A stretch of DNA of 63,252 nt, filler included, from Rhabdomonas costata (taxonomy: Eukaryota): NCBI GenBank assembly GCA_019059605.1. It is 20 parts of 20 records of this genome, joined end to end, with 100 filler letters (N's around TTAATTAATTAA, not from the genome) between each part and the next. Parts side by side here need not be neighbours in the genome. Positions count along the whole stretch, not along the records: positions 34,868 to 37,932 come from JAHMHO010001447.1; positions 38,033 to 41,098 come from JAHMHO010001448.1; positions 41,199 to 44,264 come from JAHMHO010001449.1; positions 44,365 to 47,428 come from JAHMHO010001450.1; positions 47,529 to 50,593 come from JAHMHO010001451.1; 15 more parts are not named here. The stretch is one strand, 5' to 3'. A program made the translations under genes and the position numbers. A model generated the notes under the pieces. It was not told the DNA's origin, did no database searches, and saw nothing but the letters and a program-made list of their open reading frames with translations. Each line of letters begins with the position of its first letter. Position 1 is the stretch's first letter. Positions 37,050 to 48,236 of the stretch are shown in pieces.

Positions 37050-37830
37050 GAAATGTACAGATTGAGCCCGGCGGGGATCGCCTTGCTGAGGTAGGCGTAT
37101 GCCGTTTTCAGAGTGTGCGCCAGGAGGTCTTTCAGCGAGCCACTCTCAGGGGATGGGGCCCCTGCGGTGAAGTCCTGCAACACATCGGGCTCCTCGGCCG
37201 CGGGCTTCTCGGGCTGGGGCTCGGGCTCTGGGGGCCGGAGGTGGGTAGCCAGGGCCCCGGCCAGGATGTTACAGAGCTCTGGACACACACAAACAGTGAA
37301 CAGACTACATATACATTAAGGTTGGAATTCAACTACGTATCCATGGTGGGGGAAGGGGGCTTTCACGGCAACTTGCAGTGCATCGAGGAAAAGAAGCGCA
37401 GAGCTGAAAGACTGAGCCGAGGAGGAAGGGAAAATAAAACAGCGAGCGACCCATCTAGTATCCAGTGGTGAATGATGAAGGTAAGGAACACTTTCGGCTG
37501 AGAGACATTTATACTCGGAGAGAGAACCGCCGTTTTTAACTCCTGATTTGCGCCATACAAACACCGTCGGGCGCCCTTTTCCTGGCAAAAAGACTCAAGA
37601 CTTGCCCTCCTGACGCGGCGGTGCTCAATCTGGTTGTACCTGGAGGACAATGGTTACGCGGCAGTGAAAACAAGACAGCGGGACAGATGGCGCACTTCGG
37701 AAGAACTCCTTCTCGGCCTCATCCACGTGGCGGGGCACCGGGTGGTCCCCAGGGTGGGTATCCGCCCAAGCCTCGCGGCCACCGTTGCTGCACAGTGTGT
37801 CCACTGCCAGCACCCCAACGGCGCCCTGCA
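37050..37830 (-). CDS. Internal exons of a possible GAF-domain protein
   Basis: GAVGVLAVDTLC...EAEKEFFR resembles the last GAF strand and helix. A further exon-like segment reads ELCNILAGALATHL...LLAHTLKTAYAYLSKAIPAGLNLYISIP. Boundaries approximate. Confidence 0.4.
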
Positions 37831-38246
37831 CCAGGAGGGAGGAAAGTGTGCTCAGGCCACAAGGGTCCGGACGGTTGTGGAAACAGCGCGGAAGTGGCAA
37901 GTGCTACACAAAACCCCAAACACACCCACCACNNNNNNNNNNNNNNNNNNNNNNNNNNNNNNNNNNNNNNNNNNNNTTAATTAATTAANNNNNNNNNNNN
38001 NNNNNNNNNNNNNNNNNNNNNNNNNNNNNNNNTTTTTTTGGTAAGCAGTCATATGAAGTCAAAAGGATTCTTTCTTTATGTCTCTCTCATTCTCTCGGCA
38101 TCCGGCATCCGGCGGCATAACAGCAGCCGTCCTTTCCAATAAAAACTGAACCTTTACCATTAGTTCTCGTTTTCCCTGCTTTGTTGACAAAAGTCTCGGT
38201 ACTCAAATTCATCCCGAGCAATGACGAAGGCGTGCACTTTTCTCAG

Positions 38247-39386
38247 CGGTGAAGCACGGCGACCGCCTTGTGGTGGGGAAGATGCAGATCGAGGTGCTGC
38301 ACAGCCCAGGCCACACCGCAGGGCACGTCATTTACAAGGTGCCGTGTTTGGCTGCTCCTTTTTCTATCGTCTGACGAGAAAGGATAGATCAGGCAGGCTT
38401 TCTTCAATTTGGCGGCTGCCACCTATGACTTGCCGTCTCAACAGTACGCCCCTTCTGGGAGTAACTCGCATCATTATTCTCGTTTCCTTATGCCGATTTT
38501 TCTAAAGTACGGGACGAACTAAACCCAACCCATGTGATATTTCGTGTCCACCAACCCGGAAAAAGGTACTTTTGGAATGGAAAGACACCACTTTGCCCAC
38601 TGATCCACGTTTTCCAACTCGTCCATGATATCTGTGGTCAGATTTGTTGTTCGCTCGGGTTCCCCGTCACTGTTCTTCCCATTCTCCGATGCCATCGTTG
38701 GCGTTCTTTTGTGTTCTCAGGTGACGAGCGCCCTAGGTGCAGATCCCTCTGGAATGAAGGGTGCTCTCTTCACTGGCGACGCCCTCTTCATGGGCGGGGT
38801 GGGTTCGTTTCTGGAGGTGCACGTCCCCCCCCCCCGCCCTGTCTTATATGGGGGGTGTCCCGATGATTTTCAGGTTCTCTCGCAGTCTCTCAAGTCTCGC
38901 AGGGGATCCCTCACCGTTTTCTCTGGTCTTAGGTTTCAGGAGGAGAAGTGACTGGAACCGGACCGCAATCAAAGAAACTTGGATTATCTTTTCAAAAAAA
39001 AACTCTCACCGCACGGCATCAGCATTAATGCGGAAATTTAAATCAGGCTGCCATGGAAACAAGATGGGCAGGTGTGAAAGAAAGGTTTCGACAAAGATAG
39101 ACTCCATGTCGAGACGCCCGGACCTCGATTGATCTGGATGGGGTCAGGAGCCTGTCCGGCCTCATTTGGCAGCCCGTCTGTGCTCGTCTGTATCCGTGGT
39201 AAGGTATTTTTCGCCCATTGCGGGTGTCTCTAGGGGGACTGCTCTGACCTGTACCAGCTGTACACCCTGCTGCATGGCTTGAAGGGGGACTACTACGTCT
39301 TCTGCGGGCACGAGTACACCCTCAGGCTGTCTACCTATGCCTTGTACAGGGATCCCCACAACAGCCTCCTCCGGGAGCTTCTCAAG
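38247..39386 (+). CDS. HAGH: Hydroxyacylglutathione hydrolase (glyoxalase II)-like; exons 38247-38338, 38721-38816, 39234-39386
   Basis: VKHGDRLVVG...LHSPGHTAGHVIY...ALFTGDALFMGGVGSFLEG...VFCGHEYT are glyoxalase II motifs. GT-AG joins are in frame. Confidence 0.9.
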
Positions 39387-39629
39387 GTATGTCCCCTGCC
39401 AACCAGAACCTTTCTTTGGCTGTTACCGTCACACGTGTCCTTCAAATTCGTCGTTTTTGTTGCGTGAAAGGGTCCAGGTGGAGAGAGAGACCCCCGACCC
39501 AGTTGCCGTTCTAAGCCGGCCATACCAGAGCCGTGTACCAGGTCATCAAGCCTGTGATTTCGGACATGGTGAAGAACTGCCACAGGGCTGAGCACCGAGC
39601 CTAAATGTTTCGATCAAATAAGAAGTCCA

Positions 39630-39788
39630 CAAACACACACACACACACACACACACACATTGTGCACTTGGCGCCTTGGCACTTTGGCGCGGTGTGCTGT
39701 GGCGTGTCCTTGTGCACCTGTTGGTTTTTTGGCGCGTTCACGGTGCTGCTGTTCGTGCTGGACAACACGACGGGCGTTGGGGTGAGAG

Positions 39789-39836
<48 letters not shown>

Positions 39837-41098
39837 GGAGCCGTGTGCTTTCTTGGGGGCCGGATGGCGCCCCGAGAATTGCGCGGTGGGGGTGGGGATG
39901 GGCGACTGTGCACGGCGTCGGCGTAGCTGCGTGGAATGGGGTCTCGCTGAGGGGGACGTGGGTTTGTGCCCGCGCACCCGGGTGGCGGAGTCCTCTGGGG
40001 TGCACGGGGTGTGAATCCCTAATTTACACACACACACACACCAACATCCCCACCACAATCGCCATCACCACAACCCTCAGACTCCCTACTCAACACAGAA
40101 CCCAAAGCCCATCCCACCGCGTCACCCACTCCACCATCCAATCCAACACACCAGACCACATTCACGCACCAACCACAACCAGGACCACAGACATAGACAC
40201 CAACACCAACACCAACACAGACACACACAGAAAGCCCATCCCAGCATCACTCCAGTCACTCAGAATTAAATCACACTCACCAACCTCAACACCACCATTG
40301 CAAACCACAACGTCATCGCGAACACCAGATCCACCCATAGCAAGACACAAACACGCAGCACAGACACCACCACCCAAGCTCAAACAGTCACAACAAACCC
40401 CATCATCAAGGAAACCACCAAAGACACCAAAGTGAATACAACGACCACTACCAATGCAACCTCCAACAGGACACAGCAGGACAACCCCAGTACCAAGCCC
40501 AACACGAATCTCACTAATTTCAACAGCCCCAACGTGACCCAACCACTCCACACCCTACGCTACAGACCACACCACAAACACCTACCCCAACACCACAACT
40601 TCCTACTTCTACACCAATAACAACAAGAAGAAGACACACGCGCACGCATGGAACCACATGACCTATACCAATACCTCTAGAAGCACCTCAGCACCTGGAA
40701 CCACATCCGTCCACGCCAAAACCACCCCAACAACAGTGACACTCAACCTCTACGCACCAACAACACCTATACACCAACCATAAGAATACACACGAGAGAC
40801 TATGTCCCACAACCATACTCCGATACCGCAATAATGCCCACCAAAGAAACCATAAGGACATTTATACTCAACCACACAACAAGAATGGCGCTAGAAGAGG
40901 CCAACACAGAACTCCCCTCGCCGACGTACCCACCATTCAAATCACAGTCACCACCCCCACGACACCTCACACTCTACCACTACACACTCCTCAGCGTCCA
41001 CAGCACCACATAACCCACACGCAGCAAGCACATGTGGACAAGCAACAACAATTGGTAATCACACAGGCGCCGAAGAACTTCAACCCCAGCATCCAAGG
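39630..41098 (+). repeat. (CA)n microsatellites (39632-39659, 39790-39834) and a ~1.1-kb C/A-rich low-complexity tract
   Basis: Direct inspection; G and T are strongly depleted from ~40025 to the contig end. Confidence 0.8.
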
Positions 41099-41203
41099 NN
41101 NNNNNNNNNNNNNNNNNNNNNNNNNNNNNNNNNNNNNNNNNNTTAATTAATTAANNNNNNNNNNNNNNNNNNNNNNNNNNNNNNNNNNNNNNNNNNNNGG
41201 GGT

Positions 41204-41383
41204 TGTGGATTGAGCAGTGGGAGTGATGATACTTCAGTGTGCCGTGAGATGAACGGAATCGCATTGGGAAGTCCTCCACACCCCTCGAGTGGGGACCATC
41301 GCCTTTTGGCTCTATGCTCCCAATGGGATTCCGTTCATCTCACGGCACACTGAAGTATCATCACTCCCACTGCTCAATCCACA
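41204..41383. repeat. Inverted repeat, 66-bp arms (41204-41269 / 41318-41383), one mismatch, 48-nt loop
   Basis: TGTGGATTGAGCAG...GGAATCGCATTGGGA is the reverse complement of TCCCAATGGGATTCC...CTGCTCAATCCACA except at one base. Confidence 0.92.
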
Positions 41384-41664
41384 GCTTCCCTCGAGTACGA
41401 AAATCAGGGCATCATTTCACTCAGCCCACTCAGTCAGGGCATCAGTCCACTCAGCCCATTTGGAGTGGGTGGGCGTTGCCGCAGAACTCGGAATCGCAAC
41501 TGATTACGCTGCCAGAATCGTGGAGGCAAGCCCACGAGCACGGCCACCGGTTCCAGAGAACAGAGCCCCTCCCTCAGAGATTCTTTTCCTCCTCCTCAGC
41601 ACTGGCAAACCAGGGCAACCGCAGAGGCCCCCGAGGTGGGCTCTGTGACGGTCCACAGTGGTAC

Positions 41665-42772
41665 CCCCAAAGAGGCCGCAGCGGGATGCACGGCAGCGCC
41701 CGCCTCAGCTCCAGGCGGGGAGGCAAGCACTGCTCGGCATCCAATGTCCTCGAGGTAGAAGGTGAACTCCTCGGCCCGGTAGCCCGGGTTCAGTGGGGCG
41801 GCGACAGCACGAATCTGGTTGGCAGGAAGGGGGTTGTTATATAATATGCATCCTTGTCTGTGCGTGTGATAAGACTACTGCTAAAAGCTGAACCGAGAAC
41901 TAAAAATCGGACTCATGGCGTATTTAGGCTCAGTCACACAATCACAACCAACAACAGAAAAGACACCGGTCAAAGTCACCGCGAGTTTTCGACGGTTTTG
42001 CACCCACAGATTTTTCTACGAGGGTCGGAAGGGTCAGAAGCGTTATGCTCAAGAGACAAAGAGTCACCCAAGTCGTCGCCAGGAAGGCCACGACAAATGG
42101 GATGCCATTGGGCAGCACAATCGCCACCACGTCCCCTGGGCGTATCCCAGCGCCCACCAATGCTTCGCCAAACCGCGTCACCTGAGCAAAGGAAAAGAAC
42201 GTAAGGGGCCCAACACTCACGCTGGAGCCCCTGAGAAGGGATCGCAGATGCTCCTCAAAGCCGAGAAAAGCCGAGCCCACTTCTCTTGGTTGATGTGGAA
42301 CCTGGGCCATTTGCCCCTCCGAACCGCCGTTCTCTTCCCATCTCTGATGTTCGTCCTCTCCTTCTCCTTCTCCTCTTGCTCTGGACTTTATTTCGAGGAG
42401 CCGCTGTTCAGTTTTTCTGCGTACCAGACATGGAAGATAATGCGACCTCGTCCATGTCTGCGAGAAAGCGGTCAATGCTGCTCTGTGAAATGAGGCATGC
42501 GTCTAACAGGTGTTAGAAGAGTCGTTAACAGGCGTTAGACGTTAGAGGTCTAACGCCCCCCCCCTCCCTAACGGTGCATGTCCCAAATCTTCTGGAAGCC
42601 TTCTATGCGTGAAGGGTGCAACGCAGGTAAGCTACACATACATCTGCATCCAACACACCTCTTCGCGAAGCGCCGAGTGGGTCAGGGCTCGTCCCTCGAT
42701 GGCAACCACTGCAGGGTTCTCAGGGTGGCCAACTGACGGGATGTCCGCCAGACTCTGGCAAGACAACGCCAT
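41665..42772 (-). CDS. Acyl-activating enzyme, oxalate-CoA ligase (AAE3/Pcs60)-like, 5' part; exons 42772-42659, 42181-42068, 41814-41665
   Basis: Spliced: MALSCQSLADIP...ALTHSALREEVTRFGEALVGAGIRPGDVVAIVLPNGIPFVVAFLATTWIRAVAAPLNPGYRAEEFTFYLED. AAPLNPxY..EEF.FYL.D is typical of the AAE3/Pcs60 group. Confidence 0.87.
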
Positions 42773-44779
42773 TTGGTCCCAACAAAAAAGGGATAATCCC
42801 CTCCACAAAGCCTACCCTGGCTACCACGAAAGTTCACGAAAGCAAGGGCAGACAAAAGGGTACAGTACCGCACGCTGGGATAGGTGCAAATTGAGCGGGC
42901 GCTTAGTTAAAAAAACCCAGGGTCCTCCACGGCGAAAGTAGGGTTGTGGTGTTTTATTTGATAATGATAAGGCAGTAAAGGGAGTCCGAAAACTGCGCAC
43001 AGAGACGCAGCTGAAACCCAAGTGGTGAGGATATAATCGGATCGTTCCAAGCAAAATGCACTAATGTGAGGAGGGGCAAAGGTGCGCGCGAGGGATACCT
43101 TCCATTCTCTGAGTCCCTCCACAGGGAGCCTAGAATCATCTTTGCGGGTCTGTACGCGCATCTGCTCATTCACAGAAATTCATTGTAGGGCGAACTATGG
43201 GTCAGATAGTCTACGTCGCTGCCTTTGTTCGCCAGAGTGTTGCCGGCAATCCCTGCTCTCGAGCAGTTCGCTAACCGTTCTGGCTTTTGGCACATCTCAT
43301 ATCCTGAAACTGAGTACTGAGCGGAAAGCACAACGCAAAAGTGCAATTCCACGTCATTCGCATAAAACCCTCACCAATAGCACGGGTGTTTGTTTGACAA
43401 TGCTCTGCCCCGAAGATTGCGAAGAACTTAGAGCGTTGCCAAGACAGCAGCCCACATTGGGAAGGACACAAGAGCAGGTTGTCAAGAATTGCAATTTGTA
43501 GCACGCCTTCAACACCCAATGAGCACATCAGCGCACCGGGGGAACTGAAACATGTACGCGACCAAAAAGGAAACATGACACGACAACTGCACCCAAAAGG
43601 GGTAAAAAAAAGAGGCACGGAGGACGAAGTATTCGCAGCTGAAGGAATGACAACATTTGTATGCAAAGGAGCACAGGACATGAGAGTCTCACGGCACACG
43701 CCTGCGCCATCACGCCAAAGGAAGGATGCTGTGGAGGTGCGCAGTCGCGCGGTGAAAATGACGCAGAAGAGTATCTTCGTCGAATTCAAGACATCAAGCA
43801 AGGGTTGCTTCATTTGTTGACGCGGGGTCATCATCATCATCGGAGCTTGAACATTCCCGGCTTGCTGCCCGTGTGTATGCAGGGATGCAAACGCACCACA
43901 GGTGCACAAAACACAAAGCGCTGCATGCAAAAAGCAAGGAAAACAAGACAAAGGAAAAAACTATATGGAAAAGCACAGCCACGGGGCAAATGAAAAATTT
44001 TCCATCCAATCCTGCGACAACCATTTCTACGAGCGCACGACGGTGTCCAATGAAGCAAAATCGTCCCGGGATGGAAGAGAGGGCGATGCAAAAATACAAG
44101 CATTTTTGTGAGACGCTACAACAAAAAGAGCAAGGAATGGCGGTCTGCTCAACCAGAGTGGAGAGATGAGCTCGAAGAGAGAGAGAGAGGAGGAACAAAA
44201 CAGAAAAGTAAACGAAGTAGGCGGCGGGCGGAAGTGAGAGAGTACAGGAGAAAGACACACAAAANNNNNNNNNNNNNNNNNNNNNNNNNNNNNNNNNNNN
44301 NNNNNNNNTTAATTAATTAANNNNNNNNNNNNNNNNNNNNNNNNNNNNNNNNNNNNNNNNNNNNTGGATTCCAGCCGATTCTGTGCCTGAAAGTATACGT
44401 ACCAGTGTTTACCCTTTACACCCAACTCAGTGTGTGTGTGTGTGGTTTGAAGGGTGGGTTTGAGTTTCCACCCAGGAGCCACCGCATTCAATGGTTCCAG
44501 GAAAGCTGGGCTGTGGGGTGTCCACCTCGGCATCTGCATTTTAAGCGCACGCATGAAGCACCGAGAAGGACATGGCGAATGAGCCGGACCATGCCCCGAT
44601 CGAGGTCGGCAATTAAGTTAGGGATATTTGCCTGTCAGCACTACGGAGGGCCCTCGGGCAGAACATTGCGAAGGTTTGAGAGTCAGCCTTCGGGCAGATG
44701 AGGCGAACAAGAAGTGCATTATAGACGGAACGGGGGATCCGCCCACCCGCAGCCCAGGCGCCGAAAGGAAGGACCAGAC

Positions 44780-44890
44780 CTGGAGGTCACCCCCATCGAT
44801 GAAGATGTTCTCCACACTGCTGTTGACCGGGCAAAGTTCAAGGGAGGAGGGGTGAGTGTCCTGGACGTTGTCTCCACCGTCGAGATGGAA
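44780..44890 (-). CDS. Isolated 111-nt internal exon of an unidentified gene
   Basis: ttcag|...|gtctgg, phase 0/0, with C/G-rich third positions: FHLDGGDNVQDTHPSSLELCPVNSSVENIFIDGGDLQ. Confidence 0.45.
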
Positions 44891-45235
44891 CTGAACCAAT
44901 GGGGTGCACCGGACAGTGGCCAAAAGCTGGGGGCGATTGGCAAGTTAGCCAGTGACCGTTGTTTGTCCTCTTTGCAGTGGTGGATGCATGTGCTCCGAAA
45001 AAGGCACCTCTGAATGGGGCACCAGCAAAGAATGTCGGCGGTGACCATTCACCATCATTAAACAGCGAGCTGCAAATTGAGCACCTGTTTTCAGGCAGTT
45101 TGCCTCTCAATATTGTGCTTTTGCACACTTCTACACCGCATCCCATCGCACTCCGTTTCAGCGCTTTACTTATGGTGTTCGTTTTTGTCCACCATCGCAG
45201 CTGTTGTGTTAGGCTTTTTTTTTTTGCTCATGCAG

Positions 45236-47420
45236 GTCCGAACCCCTTTGAACGCCCTGCTGTCGTGCTGCACCCTGTTGGGTGACACTGCACTGACTCG
45301 GGAGCAGATGGAGTACGTCGACCTCATGATGGCATGTGGCTCGCAGATAACGAACAACGTTGACTTTGTGCTGGTGTTTGTGCGTTTTGAGGGTTTTCTC
45401 TCTCTCGGTCTCTTGCTGTCTCTTTTCTTATGACATGCTGTTTCGTTCATTCGAGACCTGCGGCAATGTTCATCCCTTCGAAAGGCTGGTAACAGAGCCC
45501 ATCCTTGTCTTTCCGGGTTCCTTTTCTGAAGAAATTTCCTTTTTTGGGGGACATTGGTGGACATGTACACAGTGCTGGAATCATCCATAAGACACATTAC
45601 ACACCCAAAAACGACAAATCGTACGCCGCAGTTATTCGTCATTACTTGGCATTGTTGCAATGTTGTATCGGGGTCAACCGTCGCCCTTTGAGGAGGAGAG
45701 GGAAAACGAAATGGAAAGGGGAGAAGAGAGGAGAGACTATCCTGGATTGCCCTGAATGCACCCCACCCCCCAAGGGAAGTCTGAAAGCAATCTTTTTTGG
45801 GGGGGGGGTCAACTTGTTGACGCGTTTTAACACTGTTTGACTCTAAAATTTGGGACAGAGGCGCTTCCTTCTGAATGTTTGTTCCGTGATGGCTTTGATT
45901 TTTTACTCTCTGCCGGCGAGATTAATTTTCTGTATCGTGCTGCGTTTCTATTGCCGCAGAAGATTGGGTGAATAGCGCACCTTCTGCAAGGGAACCTCAT
46001 GTTACTCTGTGTGAACCACATCGTTGATTAGTGAAAGCCGTTTTATATATGATGTGAAAGGTTTGGCTCTCAAGTCCACAACAGTCGTTGCGCTTGGAAG
46101 TTCTGCCTCTGTCAGAACGATGCACAAGTGAAATCACCAGAATGCTCAAAGGTGGCACATATCTGTGGAAAGAGGCAAGGCTGCTCGCTCACAATAGTTA
46201 GCTTTGGGAGGGGACGCACCCATGCTTTCCATCCCTCCTCTCCTTTCCAGGAGCGGTCGCGACTGGAGCAGAATCTGGTTGTTCTTCAGTCCGTGCCGTT
46301 CTCCATTCAAACGGTTTGTGACGAAATGGTTTCGATGGCGCAACACCTGGCTAGCCGCAAAGGCATCCGGCTGGATGTTCGGTGCTCCCGCCAGCTGCCC
46401 TCCGTCAAGGGAGACCCTGCCCGCCTGAAGCAAGCCCTACTGAAGTGTGTGCAGCTTAACCCCTGAGCGTGCAGGGGAGAAAGGAAGGTGCCCGAACCAG
46501 GGGGGTGACCTGAGTCAGCCGCAGAGCCGATGATCTGCCACATTTGATCGCCTCAGGATGAAATTGATGAGCCTTATGAGAGTGTTTTTGATGTCTGAGA
46601 AAAGCTGAAAACGATTAGCGATGCTGTTGACGCTTGTTTTGATTCCGCTCCACACATCTGCTGCCTTCCCATTTAATACTCACTGGGCCAGGAGTGGGGA
46701 TAGTCTAGGCACCCTCGAGCTGAACCTGTATACTTTTTTGTTCGTGTCTTTGACTTTGGTCTTGTGGGGTGTGGGAGTTAGCCAGTCTGTTTGAACACGT
46801 TGATTTTGGGTTTCCTGTGCTTGGATTGGGTCTTGGTTTTATTGGGTTAACCGCTTCTAGGTATTAACTCCTACTTTTATTGGACAGCCTGCTCTCCAAC
46901 TCCATCAAGTTCACCGCCAAGGGCTCCGTCATTCTCTCCGTGGAGTACAACCTTCGCCCAGACCCCTGTGCCCCAACCAACCCTGCCAGCTTCCCGCGGA
47001 GATGGCCGCCATCCACATCGAAATTACAGACACGGGAGTTGGGCTCAGCCCTGAGCAGGCCGAGTCCTTGTTCAGGCCCTTCGCTCAGGCCTCGGCTTCG
47101 ACCTACGGGCAGTACGGGGGCTCCGGGCTTGGCCTTGTGATTACTCGGCAATTGGTCGTGCTAATGGGAGGCAAGGTTTACGTGGACATGAGCCGCACGA
47201 AGCTTGGGGAGGGCTCGACATTTGTTGTAGAGGTGAATCTCCCTGTAGTGTCCAATGCACCCCCTGGGTCGCCTCTGAGTCCCAGCCCTCGCCACCACCA
47301 TGATCGTCTTTTACGCAATTCATCGATGCTATCGGAATTTGTCCGCCTCTCTGTCTCCAGCCCTCGCACGCGGACTGGAGCACGCCCCTTGGCGCCAAGC
47401 CAGAGGAATCTGCTGGATCA
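45236..47420 (+). CDS. Sensor histidine kinase, probably hybrid (HisKA + HATPase_c); exons 45236-45373, 46251-46444, 46888-end; frame break near 46940-47001
   Basis: VRTPLN (distal H box), GDPARLKQALLNLLSNSIKFT (N box), ITDTGVG (G1), LFRPFAQ (F), YGGSGLGLVI (G2), GEGSTF. Confidence 0.93.
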
Positions 47421-47742
47421 CAAACAAANNNNNNNNNNNNNNNNNNNNNNNNNNNNNNNNNNNNNNNNNNNNTTAATTAATTAANNNNNNNNNNNNNNNN
47501 NNNNNNNNNNNNNNNNNNNNNNNNNNNNCCGGATTGAGGCACTGTGAAACGTTGTTTTTATAGTACATCAAATACAACCAACGTATTTAGCATATTCAAA
47601 ATGTGCTACTATGGGGTGAGCGAGCCCATCCAGAGGAAACCCAAACACAGACACCCCACATCTCTCCATCAACCATCAAGTGACCAGCGCAAGTGCACGG
47701 GAGGCAGCAGCCCACTTTCGACAACAGCCCAGCAGTTTCCGT

Positions 47743-48236
47743 TTAGTGGGCCTCTCGGCTGAGCTCCCGCAGACGCCTAATGGTGGTCCGCACCGTGGCG
47801 CTGTTGGGCGTGCTGCACCACGCAAAACAACAGAACAAAGAGAGAATGGTACCAGTCAAAAGTTGCACACACTGGCATGTTTGAAACAGAGATTCTACAT
47901 CCTCACCACCGGTGATGCAAAGGCCCTGTGTCATCTCAAAAGTGAAGGAAAAAACCAGCACCAGCACCAGCTAAGGTCACCAGCGGAGCTGATTCGCATA
48001 ACCCAAGGTTTAAAGCAAATGGAGACAGGTTTTACACTAAACCGAAGTAAATCCTCTAATTTCTAAATCACCAAACGGCTATAGTGTGGCAATACCTCAG
48101 GGTCCATGCCCCGCCAGCGAAATCCTTATTGCACTGCTTGCAGTGCCAGATCCCCATAGGTCCTCTCTTGATCTTGAACTTGCAGCAGAACTGGCAGAAG
48201 TGGCGAGCCCGCTTGCTGATCTCCATCTTCTTCACG
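47743..48236 (-). CDS. RPL37A: 60S ribosomal protein eL43 (L37a); exons 48236-48096 and 47812-47743; first exon not found
   Basis: Spliced: VKKMEISKRARHFCQFCCKFKIKRGPMGIWHCKQCNKDFAGGAWTLSTPNSATVRTTIRRLRELSREAH*, with the C2C2 zinc ribbon, GIW and AGGAW. The main exon is missed by the ORF track. Confidence 0.93.

Noticed and set aside
37905..37932. C/A-rich contig ends as telomeres
   Set aside because: No tandem unit; ends interrupt exons and match the primer-like constant sequence.
39605..40620. 276-aa and neighbouring Thr/His/Val-Cys-rich ORFs
   Set aside because: Products of CA microsatellites and low-complexity sequence.
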